64,000 nt of DNA from an uncultured Gemmatimonadaceae bacterium. Its GTDB lineage: Bacteria > Gemmatimonadota > Gemmatimonadetes > Gemmatimonadales > Gemmatimonadaceae. The stretch is from positions 160,001 to 224,000 of the forward strand of contig CAVXGK010000002.1 of NCBI GenBank assembly GCA_963761305.1. Reading direction: 5' to 3'. A program made the translations under genes and the position numbers. The notes beneath the pieces are model-generated. The model saw only the letters and a list, made by a program, of their open reading frames with translations, was not told the DNA's origin and did no database searches. This document shows positions 18,127-27,976 of the stretch, piece by piece (position 1 is the first letter of the stretch; each line of letters opens with the position of its first letter).

Positions 18127-21100
18127 ATGTCCAGGCGTATTGCGCCCACGGATTCCCTCGAGAGTCTGAAGAGGGAGGCGAAGCGCTGGCTCAAGGCGCT
18201 TCGCGAGGACGTCGAGGACGCGCGCGACCGATTCGCGAAAGCGCTCCCCGACGCGACGGACTCGCCGACGCTCCGCACTATCCAGCACGCCCTCGCGCGA
18301 GAGTTTGGGTTTTCCGGGTGGACGGCGCTCAAGCAACACCTCGAGGCGTCCGCGACCGGCGCGCGCGCCGACGCGGCGATCGTGTCGCGGTTTCTCGACA
18401 ACGCGTGCCCTGACCATCACGTGCGCGGCGGCCCGGACCACGTCCGCGCCCGCGGCACGGCCATGCGGTTGCTCGAGCGGTACCCGGAGATCGCCAATGC
18501 GAGTTTCTATACGAAGGTCGTGTGCGGCGACCTCGCCGGCGTCCTTGGCGATCTCGACGCGAATCCGGAACTGGCCACGGCTCGAGATGGTCCGCCGCGG
18601 CCGAAGCGATCGGAGGCAGGCAATTCACGCGATCTCCTGACGAAGGACTGGGGACCGAAGGGCTGGACGCCGCTCCTCTATCTCTGCTTCACCCGCCTGC
18701 CGCTCGACGCGGTGAGCGAGAACGCGGTCGCGATCGCGACGGCACTCCTCGACCGGGGCGCGGACCCGAACGACTTCTTCATGGCCGGCGACAGCCGGTA
18801 CACGCCGTTGGTCGGCGCGATCGGCGAAGGGGAAGAGGATCGTCCGCCGCACGCGAGACGTGACGAGTTGGTGCGACTGCTCTTGGATCGCGGCGCCGAG
18901 TTCGCGTCGTCGCTGGGCAACTACGGCGGGCAGGTGATCTACAACATTCATTTCCACGGCCACGTGTTGTGGTACCTGAAGCTGATGCATGAGTACTCGG
19001 TGCGACGAGGCCGCGCCGCCGACTGGGACGATCCGGCGTGGTCCATGCTCGGGCAGGGCGGCTACGGCGACGGCGCGCGCTGGCACCTCTCGATCGCCGT
19101 GCAACACAACGACCTCGAGTTGGCCGAGTGGTGCCTCGCGCATGGAGCGAATCCAAACGCGCCTCCCGCGAACGCGAAGACCTTGCCGCAGCGTACGCTG
19201 TACGAAGAAGCGATGCGCCGCGGTGAGACGGAGATGGCCGAGTTGTTCGTGCGGTACGGGGCGCCGCGCACCGCGGTCGAGCTGTCGCCGGTCGAAGCGC
19301 TCACCGCGGCGGCGATGCGCCTCGATCGCGACGCGGTGCGCGCCCATCTCTCGCGGCATCCGGACCTGACGGCGGCGCCCCAGCCGCTCGACATGGCCGC
19401 GAGCGAGAACCGGGCCGACGTCGTCGCGTTGCTCCTCGACGTCGGCATCTCGCCCGACGTCGCCAACCGGCAGAACGAACGGCCGCTTCATCTCGCGGCG
19501 TACGCGAACGCGCTCGACGTGGCGACGCTTCTCATTGCCCATGGCGCGGAGATCGATCCCGTCGAGTCGAACTGGAGCAACACGCCGCTCGGCGCCGCGG
19601 TGTACTCCCAGCACCAGGCGATGATCGATCTGCTGAGCCGATACAGCCGCGACATCTGGGAGCTCGCGTATGCCGGAAAGCTCGAGCGCCTGCGCGACGT
19701 GCTCGCCGACGATCCCGATGGCGCTCGCGCCGCCAGCGGGGGGCAGACGCCGCTCATGTGGCTCCCGCCCGACGACGAATCGCGCGCGATGGCGATCGCT
19801 CGGCTGCTCATTGCCAACGGCGCCGATCCGTCGCCGCAAGACGCGAACGGAATGAGCGCCGCCGACCGAGCGGAACGACTGAGCATGTTCGACCTCGCCG
19901 CGATGCTGCGTCGTGCCTCGACGCCGGCGGCGCGCGCCGCCGTGGAACGGTTTCAGCGCGGAGCGGTGAATCTGCTCGACGCCTATCGCACCGGCACGCC
20001 CGAGGCGATGCAACGTCACTGGGCCGACACGTGGCATCGCCGCTCGTGGGAGGCGATGCGCCGCTACGTCCAGCTTGACCTGGGACGACCACCGGCGGGC
20101 GAGGGCGAGGACGTGCCGATCGCGCTGGGCGACGCGCGCTGGCTCATCATGCGTGACAACGGCTTCGCGAGCTGGGAATCGTTCATCGAGCACACGATCG
20201 ACCAGGCGGCGAGCCCGCGACCGCTCGCCTCCGCGCCGTTTCGCTTGCTGTCGAAGCCGACCGAAGAACTCGCCCCCGCGGTCGAGCGGACGCGCGATTG
20301 GGACGCCGCGATCGCGATGCTCCGCGCCGGCGGGCTGCCCGGACTCGACGCGAACGGACAGATGACCGACGACGTCCTCGAGCGAATCTCGCGTCTCGAG
20401 CACGTCAGCGTGCTCCGGCTCGGCGGCTCGAAACACCTCACCGACGCCGGCGTCGCCCACCTGGCCCGCATGACCGGGCTGCGCGAGCTGGATCTGGGCG
20501 GCTGCCCGATCAGCGATCGCTCATTGGAGATCCTTGGACGGCTGCCCAATCTCGAGAAGGTCGGTCTGTGGCGGACGGGCATCAGCGACGCCGGGGTCGG
20601 GCATCTCGCTAAGAGTCCGCGGCTCGTCGAGGTGGATCTCGCGTGGACGCCCACCGGCGACGGAGCCCTGCGCGCGCTGGCCGGAAAAGAGACGCTCACG
20701 CATTTCCGCAGCGGCGATCACGTCACCGACGAGGGCCTCCGGGCGCTCCACGACTATCCCGTGTTCAAATCGTGGCGCGGCGGCGAGGTCGTGCTCGGAC
20801 TCACGTCGCCCGAGGCACAGCCGAACATGCTGTTCCTGCGGGGAACTCTCACCGATCGCGGGCTCGCCAGCCTCGTCGGGCTCGACGGACTGTTCGGTCT
20901 CAACATCGACGACAGCGGCTTGGCCATTACGGCGGGCGGATTGGGACCGCTTGTCTCGCTCCCACACCTCGGCTTCCTCGCCTTCGACGCGACCGACGAC
21001 GCGATGCCGTACATCGCCGCGATGCCGCATTTGCGATGTCTCATGTGCCAGGACACCAGCGCCGGCGACGACGGCTTCGTCGCGCTCGGCCGCTCGCGGT

Positions 21101-21630
21101 CGATCGAGTACATCTGGGGTCGCCGCTGCCACAACTTGCGCTCGGGCGGCTTCGCGGCGCTCGCCGAGATTCCCACGCTCCGCTCGCTGTCGGTGAGTTG
21201 CAAGAACGTGGACGACGCCGGATTGTCGGCGCTGCCGCGGTTTCCGTCGTTGCGGGAGCTGATGCCGATGGACGTTCCCGACGACGGCTATCGGCACATC
21301 GGGCGCTGTGAAAAGCTCGAGTCGCTCGTGTTGATGTACTGCCGGGAGACGGGCGACGTTGCGACGTCTCACATCACGGGACTGGCGAACCTCAAGAAGT
21401 ATTTCGCGAGCTACACGCGAGCGACCGATCGGACGCTGCAGTTCTTGGCCGGCATCCCGTCGCTGGAATCCATCGACCTCTCGGCAATTCCCGGCATGAC
21501 GAACGCGGGGGTCGCCGCGCTCACGGCGCTGCCGCGGCTTCGCTTCCTCCGGCTGTCGGGAATGCAGCACGTCGATCTCGAGCGTGTCCGGTCGTTCAGC
21601 CCCACCGTTCGCGTCGAGCTGTCGCCATGA
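18127..21630 (+). CDS. Ankyrin-repeat plus leucine-rich-repeat protein with a duplicated small helical domain
   Basis: Strong RBS GGAGGAGG. Ankyrin motifs (TPL, LLDRGADPN, PLHLAA) and ~24-aa LRRs (LRELDLGGCPISD). ARE-x-GF-x2-W type motif occurs twice. Confidence 0.88.
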   Translation: MSRRIAPTDSLESLKREAKRWLKALREDVEDARDRFAKALPDATDSPTLRTIQHALAREFGFSGWTALKQHLEASATGARADAAIVSRFLDNACPDHHVRGGPDHVRARGTAMRLLERYPEIANASFYTKVVCGDLAGVLGDLDANPELATARDGPPRPKRSEAGNSRDLLTKDWGPKGWTPLLYLCFTRLPLDAVSENAVAIATALLDRGADPNDFFMAGDSRYTPLVGAIGEGEEDRPPHARRDELVRLLLDRGAEFASSLGNYGGQVIYNIHFHGHVLWYLKLMHEYSVRRGRAADWDDPAWSMLGQGGYGDGARWHLSIAVQHNDLELAEWCLAHGANPNAPPANAKTLPQRTLYEEAMRRGETEMAELFVRYGAPRTAVELSPVEALTAAAMRLDRDAVRAHLSRHPDLTAAPQPLDMAASENRADVVALLLDVGISPDVANRQNERPLHLAAYANALDVATLLIAHGAEIDPVESNWSNTPLGAAVYSQHQAMIDLLSRYSRDIWELAYAGKLERLRDVLADDPDGARAASGGQTPLMWLPPDDESRAMAIARLLIANGADPSPQDANGMSAADRAERLSMFDLAAMLRRASTPAARAAVERFQRGAVNLLDAYRTGTPEAMQRHWADTWHRRSWEAMRRYVQLDLGRPPAGEGEDVPIALGDARWLIMRDNGFASWESFIEHTIDQAASPRPLASAPFRLLSKPTEELAPAVERTRDWDAAIAMLRAGGLPGLDANGQMTDDVLERISRLEHVSVLRLGGSKHLTDAGVAHLARMTGLRELDLGGCPISDRSLEILGRLPNLEKVGLWRTGISDAGVGHLAKSPRLVEVDLAWTPTGDGALRALAGKETLTHFRSGDHVTDEGLRALHDYPVFKSWRGGEVVLGLTSPEAQPNMLFLRGTLTDRGLASLVGLDGLFGLNIDDSGLAITAGGLGPLVSLPHLGFLAFDATDDAMPYIAAMPHLRCLMCQDTSAGDDGFVALGRSRSIEYIWGRRCHNLRSGGFAALAEIPTLRSLSVSCKNVDDAGLSALPRFPSLRELMPMDVPDDGYRHIGRCEKLESLVLMYCRETGDVATSHITGLANLKKYFASYTRATDRTLQFLAGIPSLESIDLSAIPGMTNAGVAALTALPRLRFLRLSGMQHVDLERVRSFSPTVRVELSP

Positions 21631-21644
21631 ATGGCCGCCCCGAC

Positions 21645-24068
21645 TCAGGGCGGCGGCAGCACTCGGCACGCGTGCGGACCCGTGAATCGTGTCTCGTCGA
21701 GACCGACGCGTCGCACGAGCGTTGCAAACCGTGGGGTTTGGCGGACGAGGTCGTACTCTTGGCCGCACAGCGGTGCGTAGGACGGCCAGATCGCACGGAG
21801 GTCGGTGGCTCGCTCCAATGCATCCAGCGCGCGGGTCGTGTCGCCGACGCCCATATAAGCGAACGCGATGACGACCTCGCTCGCCGAGGTGCGCGGGCGA
21901 CGTTCCATCTCGCGCGCCATCGCGAGCGCGCTGTCCCGCTGGCCGGCGCGGCCGAACAGATACGCGAGGTTCCCCGACATCGGCGCCGGCGCCGATCGAA
22001 AGTGGCGCGCCAGGCGAATGGCATCGTCGAATCGGTGCGCCGCGCCGAACGCGAGCGCCGCGAAGTCGATCGCGGGCGCCACCGTCGAGTCGATCTCGAG
22101 CGCGATCTTCGTCTGCGCGATCGCGTCGTCGACCCGGCCGAGGGCCAGGTCCGCGTTGATGACCCACGCCGGCGCGACGCCGGAAACCGGGTCGAGCTGC
22201 TGCGCGGTCCGCAGCTCCGCGAACGCATCCTGCGGGCGCCCGACGGAAATGAGAAATCGCGCATACTGCGTGTGTGCCGACGCGTCGGACGGATCGAGCG
22301 CCAACGCCCGACGGAATTCGCCGCCGGCCGCGTCCCACTCCCACGCGTGGGCGTGCATCATCGCGAGCGCCAGATGCGCCTCGGCCTGCGAGCTGTCGAG
22401 CGAGAGTGCGCGGTTGGCCGCCTTCTCGACGCGATCGTGGAGATCGGCGGTCGACGCGCTGCCAAAGTAGGGAAAGTATTCGAGGGTCTCTGCCAAGCCC
22501 GCGTAGGCCGGAGCGAACATGGAGTCCTTGTCGATCGCAACTTGAAACAGGTTCGCGGCCTCGGTGACCGATCGACGGGACAGAACGAGAAAGCGCGCTC
22601 GCAGGTATGCGTCGTGTGCTTCCGGATTGGTCGTCGCGCCTGGCGCGCTGGTCGCCCCGCGCGAGCCCGCGGCATCGCCGGGCGCGCCGGGCCGGATTCC
22701 CAAACGCACCGCCAGCGCCGCCGTGATGGCTCTGGTGATGCGGTCTTCGAGCGCGAATACGTCTCGCGCATCGCCGTCATAGCGATCCTGCCAGATCTCG
22801 GTATTGTCGGCGGCACTCGTCACTTGCACTCCGACCCGAATCCGCTCGCCTTCGCGACGTACGCTCCCTTGAACGACGAAGCCCGCGCCGAGCGCTCGGC
22901 CGACGCTGCGCGCGTCGAGATCGCGGCGTCCCTTGTATTGGAAAGCCCTCGATCGAGCCGCGATCTGAATCCCGTCCACCTTTCCGAGCGCCGTCGCCAG
23001 CTCATCGGTCATGCCGTCGGCGAAATACTCCTGCGCCGAGTCGCCGCCGACGTTGGTGAGCGGCAACACCGCGAGCACGCGTTTGGACGGCGAGCCGCTC
23101 GTGCTCGCGCCGCGACCGAAAGCGACGTATGCACCGGCGCCGATCAGTAGAACGGCTGCGCCCCCCGCCACACCGCGGACGAGCGCGCGGCGCGGCGCTC
23201 GAAAGGAGATCGGTCCGGCCGGCGTGATGCCGCCTTCGAGACGCGTGAGCAGCTCGGCGCCGGACTGTGGTCGATCGCCCGGGTCCTTCGCCAAACACTG
23301 CGCAACGAGGCTCGCCAACGGCTCTGGCGTGTCGGCCCGCTTCACGCCCACGTTCGGCGCCTGCTCGGAGAAGTGCGCCGCGAGCGTCTGTTGCATCGAG
23401 CGACCGTGAAACGGCGTCTCACCGGCGAGCACCTCGTACGCAAGGCAACCGAACGCGTAGACGTCGGCGCGGCAGTCCACGTGCGGATCACCGGCGGCCT
23501 GCTCGGGCGCCATGTAGGCCGGTGTGCCGACGCCCGATCCCGCCTGCGTGAGCGTGGCGTCGCTCCCTTCGGTGCGCGCCGCGCTGATGGCTTTCGCGAT
23601 GCCGAAGTCGGTGACCACTGCTGCGCCGCCCGAGATCAACACGTTGTCCGGTTTGATGTCGCGGTGCACCACGCCTCGCTCGTGCGCGTACGCCAGCGCC
23701 CGAGCCACATCGCGAAGCACGTTGATGACTTCGGAAATGGGCAGCGCGCCGGTTTTGATGAGGCGGTCGCGCAGCGAGAGCCCGTCCACGAACGGCATCG
23801 TGTAGTACGGCAGGCCGGCCGCTTCGCCCGAAGACAAAAGCGGGACGATGTTCGCCTGCTGCAGCGAAGCGGCCAGCCGGATCTCGCGCGCGAAGCGGCT
23901 CGCCGACACGCCCGCAGCCAATTCGGGCGAGATCACCTTGATCACGACGGTGCGGCCGAGCGAGGTCTCCGTCGCCACGAACACGCGCGACATCCCGCCG
24001 CGCGTGAGTTCGCGCTGCACGCCGTACGTGCCGTCCAATGCCGCCTGCAGTTGGTCGCGGAGCTCCAT
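21645..24068 (-). CDS. Hanks-type Ser/Thr kinase with TM segment, TolB-N-like domain and TPR repeats
   Basis: GGMS-x-V, VIK, HRDIKPDN, DFG, GTPAYMAPE; AVLP-x2-N...YFADGMTDEL; TPR helices. Confidence 0.93.
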   Translation of the reverse strand: MELRDQLQAALDGTYGVQRELTRGGMSRVFVATETSLGRTVVIKVISPELAAGVSASRFAREIRLAASLQQANIVPLLSSGEAAGLPYYTMPFVDGLSLRDRLIKTGALPISEVINVLRDVARALAYAHERGVVHRDIKPDNVLISGGAAVVTDFGIAKAISAARTEGSDATLTQAGSGVGTPAYMAPEQAAGDPHVDCRADVYAFGCLAYEVLAGETPFHGRSMQQTLAAHFSEQAPNVGVKRADTPEPLASLVAQCLAKDPGDRPQSGAELLTRLEGGITPAGPISFRAPRRALVRGVAGGAAVLLIGAGAYVAFGRGASTSGSPSKRVLAVLPLTNVGGDSAQEYFADGMTDELATALGKVDGIQIAARSRAFQYKGRRDLDARSVGRALGAGFVVQGSVRREGERIRVGVQVTSAADNTEIWQDRYDGDARDVFALEDRITRAITAALAVRLGIRPGAPGDAAGSRGATSAPGATTNPEAHDAYLRARFLVLSRRSVTEAANLFQVAIDKDSMFAPAYAGLAETLEYFPYFGSASTADLHDRVEKAANRALSLDSSQAEAHLALAMMHAHAWEWDAAGGEFRRALALDPSDASAHTQYARFLISVGRPQDAFAELRTAQQLDPVSGVAPAWVINADLALGRVDDAIAQTKIALEIDSTVAPAIDFAALAFGAAHRFDDAIRLARHFRSAPAPMSGNLAYLFGRAGQRDSALAMAREMERRPRTSASEVVIAFAYMGVGDTTRALDALERATDLRAIWPSYAPLCGQEYDLVRQTPRFATLVRRVGLDETRFTGPHACRVLPPP

Positions 24069-24293
24069 CTCCTCGGGAGGGTGGAGGGATGGTCACAAGC
24101 TACGAAACACGAACGGCGCCCGCGAGACACCACGTCCGACTCGTTTTCGTGCTGTCTAGGCCCGTCTTCGGCCTCGTCGCCTTCGCCGGCTCAGCGGCGC
24201 CTTTGGCGATTTCAAGCAAAACAATTGCGAATGTCGAATCGGGTTACGCCGAGTACCTCGCATCCGCGAAGTCGTAGGCGCCTCTGGTCGTTC

Positions 24294-24327
24294 CCGGTCC
24301 ACCGGTCCACCGGTCCACCGGTCCACC
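24294..24327. repeat. Tandem repeat (CCGGTCCA) x4
   Basis: Four 8-bp units immediately downstream of the permease stop codon. Confidence 0.9.
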
Positions 24328-24329
24328 AA

Positions 24330-26738
24330 TCAGTCCGATCTCAAAGCAACGACCGGATCCACACGCGCCGCCCGCCGCGCCGGCGCGAGCGAGGCGACGA
24401 TCGTGACGGCGACGAGCGTCCCCACGACGGCGACGTAGATCGTCGGGTCCAGCGCCGAAACGCCGAAGAGCAGCGCGTGCATCGGTCGCGTCGCCACCGC
24501 TGCCGCCACGACTCCGATCGCGATGCCGAGCGACGACATGCGCAATCCTTCGCCGAGCACCATCGTCGTCAGGCGGCCTTCGACGGCACCGAGCGCGGCG
24601 CGAATGCCGAGCTCTCTGGTGCGACGGCGCACGCCGTACGCGACTACGCCGTAGATCCCCACGGCGCCGAGAAAAAGACCGAGCGCCGCGAATGCGCCCA
24701 GGAGCCGCGCGATCGTGCGACGCGTCGACGACGACATCGCCGACAGCTCCTCGAGCGAACGCACCTGCGCGATCGGAACGGTTTGATCGAGCGAGCGCAC
24801 GGCGGCGCGCACGGCGCTCATGGCTGCGAGCGGGTCGCCGCGCGTGCGAATCACGTAGTGCATGAACACGAGTCCCTGCTGCGCATTCGGCCGGTACACC
24901 TCGGCGGGCGCCGGCTGGTCGGCCGACTGTGAGCGCACGTCGCCCACCACGCCGACGATCGTCGCCCAATCGCGCCGCGATCCGTTTCCGAACTTGATGC
25001 GCTCGCCGATCGGGTTCCGTCCAGGCCAGTATCGTTCGGCCATCGTCGCGTTGATCAGCACGACGGGCGGTGCGTTGCGCGTGTCCGTCGTCTGGAACAG
25101 ACGGCCGCGGACGAGCGGAATTCGCATCGCGCCGAAGTAGTCGCCGACGACGGACCGCCAAATCACCTGCGGACGCGCCGCCGTCGCCGCGATCGGCTGG
25201 CGCTCGATCTCGAGGGAGCCGTTCCAGTTGAAGCCGCTGAGCGGCAGATGCTGCGCCGCGCCGACCCGCTCGACGCCGGGCAGCGCCGCGATGCGGTGCG
25301 ACAGGTCGTCGAAATAGTTCGTCGCATCGGCGGCGCGCACTTGCCCGCTCGACGGCTGTATCAGCATCGTCGCCACGCGGTCCGGGTCGAACCCGAGGTC
25401 GACGCGTCCCAGGCGCCACAGAGAGACGACCATCAACGACGCACCGACCACCAGCACCGTGGCCAGCGCGATCTGCGCGACGACGAGCGACTGGCGCATT
25501 CGCGTCGCGCGGTGTCCGCCGGCATCCAACGCGCTCGCGCGCAGCACGCCGTCGGGATCCACGCTCGATGCGACGAGCGCCGGCCCGATGCCGAACGCGA
25601 TGCCCGCGAGCACGGTCACCAGCGCGGTCACGATCACCACTGTCGCATCCAAGTGGATGTCGCCGGATCGCGGCAGCGAAGCGCCGAGCAGCGCGCGCAA
25701 TGCGCTCGTCCCGGCAACGCCTGCCACCACGCCGATCGACCCGCCGACCGTGGCCAAGACGAGACTCTGGACGAGCAGCTGCCGCACGATCGCGGATTTG
25801 CCGGCACCCAACGCGCGTCGCACCGCCATCTCGCGCCGCCGTCCCACCGCGTGCGCGAGCAGCAGATTCCCCACGTTGACGACCGCGATCAGGGCGAGCA
25901 TCGCCACTGCTCCGTACAGCACGAGGAGCGAACGACGGACGCCGCCGACGAGACTCTCGTGCAGATCGGTGACCGTCGCGCCGCGGGCATAGTCGTCGGT
26001 GTAGTTGAACGCGACGCGCATTTGCGGCGCGAGCGCGGCGAGCTCACGCGTGGCTTGCGCGAGCGTCGCGCCGGGGCGCAGACGTCCGAACGCCGTGGCC
26101 GTCGCGCCGGTGTAGAACGATGACGCCGGATCGATCTGCACCGGAAGCCATGCGTCGACATCGGCGTGGAACGCCTCGAAGTCCGCGGGCATCACGCCAA
26201 CGATTCGATGCGGCTCTCCGTCCATGTCGACGACCCTGCCGACGACCGTGCTGTCGCTGCCGAACTGCGACGCCCACAGCTCGTGGCTCAATACCGCCAC
26301 GTTCCAGTGTCCCGGCACCGACTCGTCGGGCGCGAACGTTCGTCCGAGCATCGGCCGCATGCCGAGGACCGAAAAAAAGTTCGTCGACACGCGCGCGGCG
26401 TCGAGCTGGTGCGGCTCGCCGGCGCCCGTCATCGCGATGCCCCAGCCCGGGCTGAACGCCGCGACGGAGGCGAGCGTCGAGACGTGTCGTTGCATGAACA
26501 CGAGCTCGGCGTTGGAAATCGTGCGCGTCGGCCAGATCGCGGCCAGTCGCTCGGGCTGCGTGTAGGGCAGGGGGCGCAAGAGCACGCTGCGGACGACGCT
26601 GAACATCGCCGCGTTGGCGCCGACGCCGAGGGCGAATGTGGCCAGCGCGACGATCGTGAGGGTCCGCTCTCGGCGGGCCTGCCGGAGCGCGACGCTCAGG
26701 TCACGCCGGATTGATTGCCACTGGTATCGGCTCTGCAT
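24330..26738 (-). CDS. Duplicated orphan ABC permease (ADOP; MacB-PCD/FtsX x2) without the N-terminal prefix domain
   Basis: ALGVGAN-x-AMFS, NVGNLLLA, RRRE-x-AVR-x-ALGA, PARRAARVDP-x2-ALR. Confidence 0.92.
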   Translation of the reverse strand: MQSRYQWQSIRRDLSVALRQARRERTLTIVALATFALGVGANAAMFSVVRSVLLRPLPYTQPERLAAIWPTRTISNAELVFMQRHVSTLASVAAFSPGWGIAMTGAGEPHQLDAARVSTNFFSVLGMRPMLGRTFAPDESVPGHWNVAVLSHELWASQFGSDSTVVGRVVDMDGEPHRIVGVMPADFEAFHADVDAWLPVQIDPASSFYTGATATAFGRLRPGATLAQATRELAALAPQMRVAFNYTDDYARGATVTDLHESLVGGVRRSLLVLYGAVAMLALIAVVNVGNLLLAHAVGRRREMAVRRALGAGKSAIVRQLLVQSLVLATVGGSIGVVAGVAGTSALRALLGASLPRSGDIHLDATVVIVTALVTVLAGIAFGIGPALVASSVDPDGVLRASALDAGGHRATRMRQSLVVAQIALATVLVVGASLMVVSLWRLGRVDLGFDPDRVATMLIQPSSGQVRAADATNYFDDLSHRIAALPGVERVGAAQHLPLSGFNWNGSLEIERQPIAATAARPQVIWRSVVGDYFGAMRIPLVRGRLFQTTDTRNAPPVVLINATMAERYWPGRNPIGERIKFGNGSRRDWATIVGVVGDVRSQSADQPAPAEVYRPNAQQGLVFMHYVIRTRGDPLAAMSAVRAAVRSLDQTVPIAQVRSLEELSAMSSSTRRTIARLLGAFAALGLFLGAVGIYGVVAYGVRRRTRELGIRAALGAVEGRLTTMVLGEGLRMSSLGIAIGVVAAAVATRPMHALLFGVSALDPTIYVAVVGTLVAVTIVASLAPARRAARVDPVVALRSD

Positions 26739-26861
26739 CCCGTCGCCTATGGGGAAAGGAGGGAAGGGTTCGCGGAGGTGAGCCGGCGACCGGGTCACCG
26801 CACGCCGCCACCGCACTCTCGGCCCTTGGACATCACGTCACAGGGCAAAGGTTGGGTGATT

Positions 26862-27016
26862 TGTGACGGAACGCACAGGGCAAGTGTGGCCTAGGCGGCG
26901 CCGTGAGGAAAATCACGGAGTTTCGGTGCCCCGGATGTCTTGCGCGCTGCTACGAAATCTTCTAAGAATGCTAAACGCTGGACGGACAAGGTTTTTCAGC
27001 TGTGACCGTGGTCACC
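26862..27016. promoter_or_regulatory. Cluster of CRP/FNR-like GTGA-N6-TCAC sites
   Basis: TGTGA-N6-GCACA (26862), CGTGA-N6-TCACG (26902) and TGTGA-N6-TCACC (27001) in a divergent intergenic region. Confidence 0.55.
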
Positions 27017-27091
27017 AATGTAGTGCCCGGTTCTTGCGAGCTACCGTCTGCGAATCACCGTTCGCCAACCACACCACAGGAGATCGTGCAG

Positions 27092-27763
27092 ATGCGCCTA
27101 CATACCGGATCGATGCTCGCATGCGTCGGGGCAATTGGATTACTGAGCGGCTGTGCCACCACGGGCGCCCTCAAGCGCGCGCAGCAGCAGAACGCTGATG
27201 CCCTCGCGCAGGCGAACGCCTCGCAGAAGGCCGCGCTCGACGCCGAGGCCGCGCAGCGCGCCTCGACCGATAGCGCCCTTCGCCAGCAGCTCGGACTCGT
27301 CCAGGGTGACGTGCAACAGCTGAAGACCGACCTTCAGGCGATGAAGAATGACTTCAACGCCAAGATCACGGCGATGCAGGATGGTCTGCACTTCGACATG
27401 CCCGTGAACTTCGCCTTCAACGACGCGACCGTTCGCCAGGAAGACTATTCCTCGCTGACGCGTTTCGCGCACATCGTGCAGCAGTACTATCCGCAGTCGA
27501 AGGTGACGATCGAAGGCTTCGCTGATCCCGCGGGCTCGGCCCGCTACAACCTCACGCTCTCCGAGCGTCGGGCGAAGGCGGTCCAGGATTACCTCAACTC
27601 GCAGGGCCTCTCGGCCTCGCAGACGGAAACCGTCGGCTACGGCAAGACGCGTCTCGTTGTCCCGAAGGCTTGGGGCGACCAGCCGGGCGCCGAGCTCAAC
27701 CGCCGCGCCGTGTTCGTGATCGAAACCAAGGGTCAGACGAGCGTCGCCCTGACCACGCCGTAA
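27092..27763 (+). CDS. OmpA/Pal-family peptidoglycan-binding lipoprotein with coiled coil
   Basis: Lipobox LSGC, IEGFAD, YN-x2-LS-x-RRA-x-AV, GYG, NRR. Confidence 0.9.
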   Translation: MRLHTGSMLACVGAIGLLSGCATTGALKRAQQQNADALAQANASQKAALDAEAAQRASTDSALRQQLGLVQGDVQQLKTDLQAMKNDFNAKITAMQDGLHFDMPVNFAFNDATVRQEDYSSLTRFAHIVQQYYPQSKVTIEGFADPAGSARYNLTLSERRAKAVQDYLNSQGLSASQTETVGYGKTRLVVPKAWGDQPGAELNRRAVFVIETKGQTSVALTTP

Positions 27764-27795
27764 CTGACGCGTTAGCGTCAAATTGGCGAACGGTC

Positions 27796-27839
27796 GACAG
27801 CCCGCCGGTGCACTCGCACCGGCGGGCTGTTGGTTTTTT
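27796..27839 (+). terminator. Rho-independent terminator
   Basis: 15-16-bp stem ACAGCCCGCCGGTGC/GCACCGGCGGGCTGT followed by a T6 tract. Confidence 0.85.
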
Positions 27840-27872
27840 GGGGGAGCGGCGAACGGACGTGGGGATGCTAGA

Positions 27873-27910
27873 GATGTCCGACGTCTGACATCAGATATCT
27901 GACGTCAGAT
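27873..27910. repeat. Degenerate 7-bp tandem repeat (GAYRTCN) x5
   Basis: GATGTCC GACGTCT GACATCA GATATCT GACGTCA GAT. Confidence 0.75.
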
Positions 27911-27924
27911 TTCTCAGCGCCGTT

Positions 27925-27950
27925 CCGGTCCACCGGTCCACCGGTCCACC
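27925..27950. repeat. Tandem repeat (CCGGTCCA) x3
   Basis: Three perfect units. Confidence 0.85.
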
Positions 27951-27976
27951 CGTTCTTCCCGTCCATCCCATTCCTG

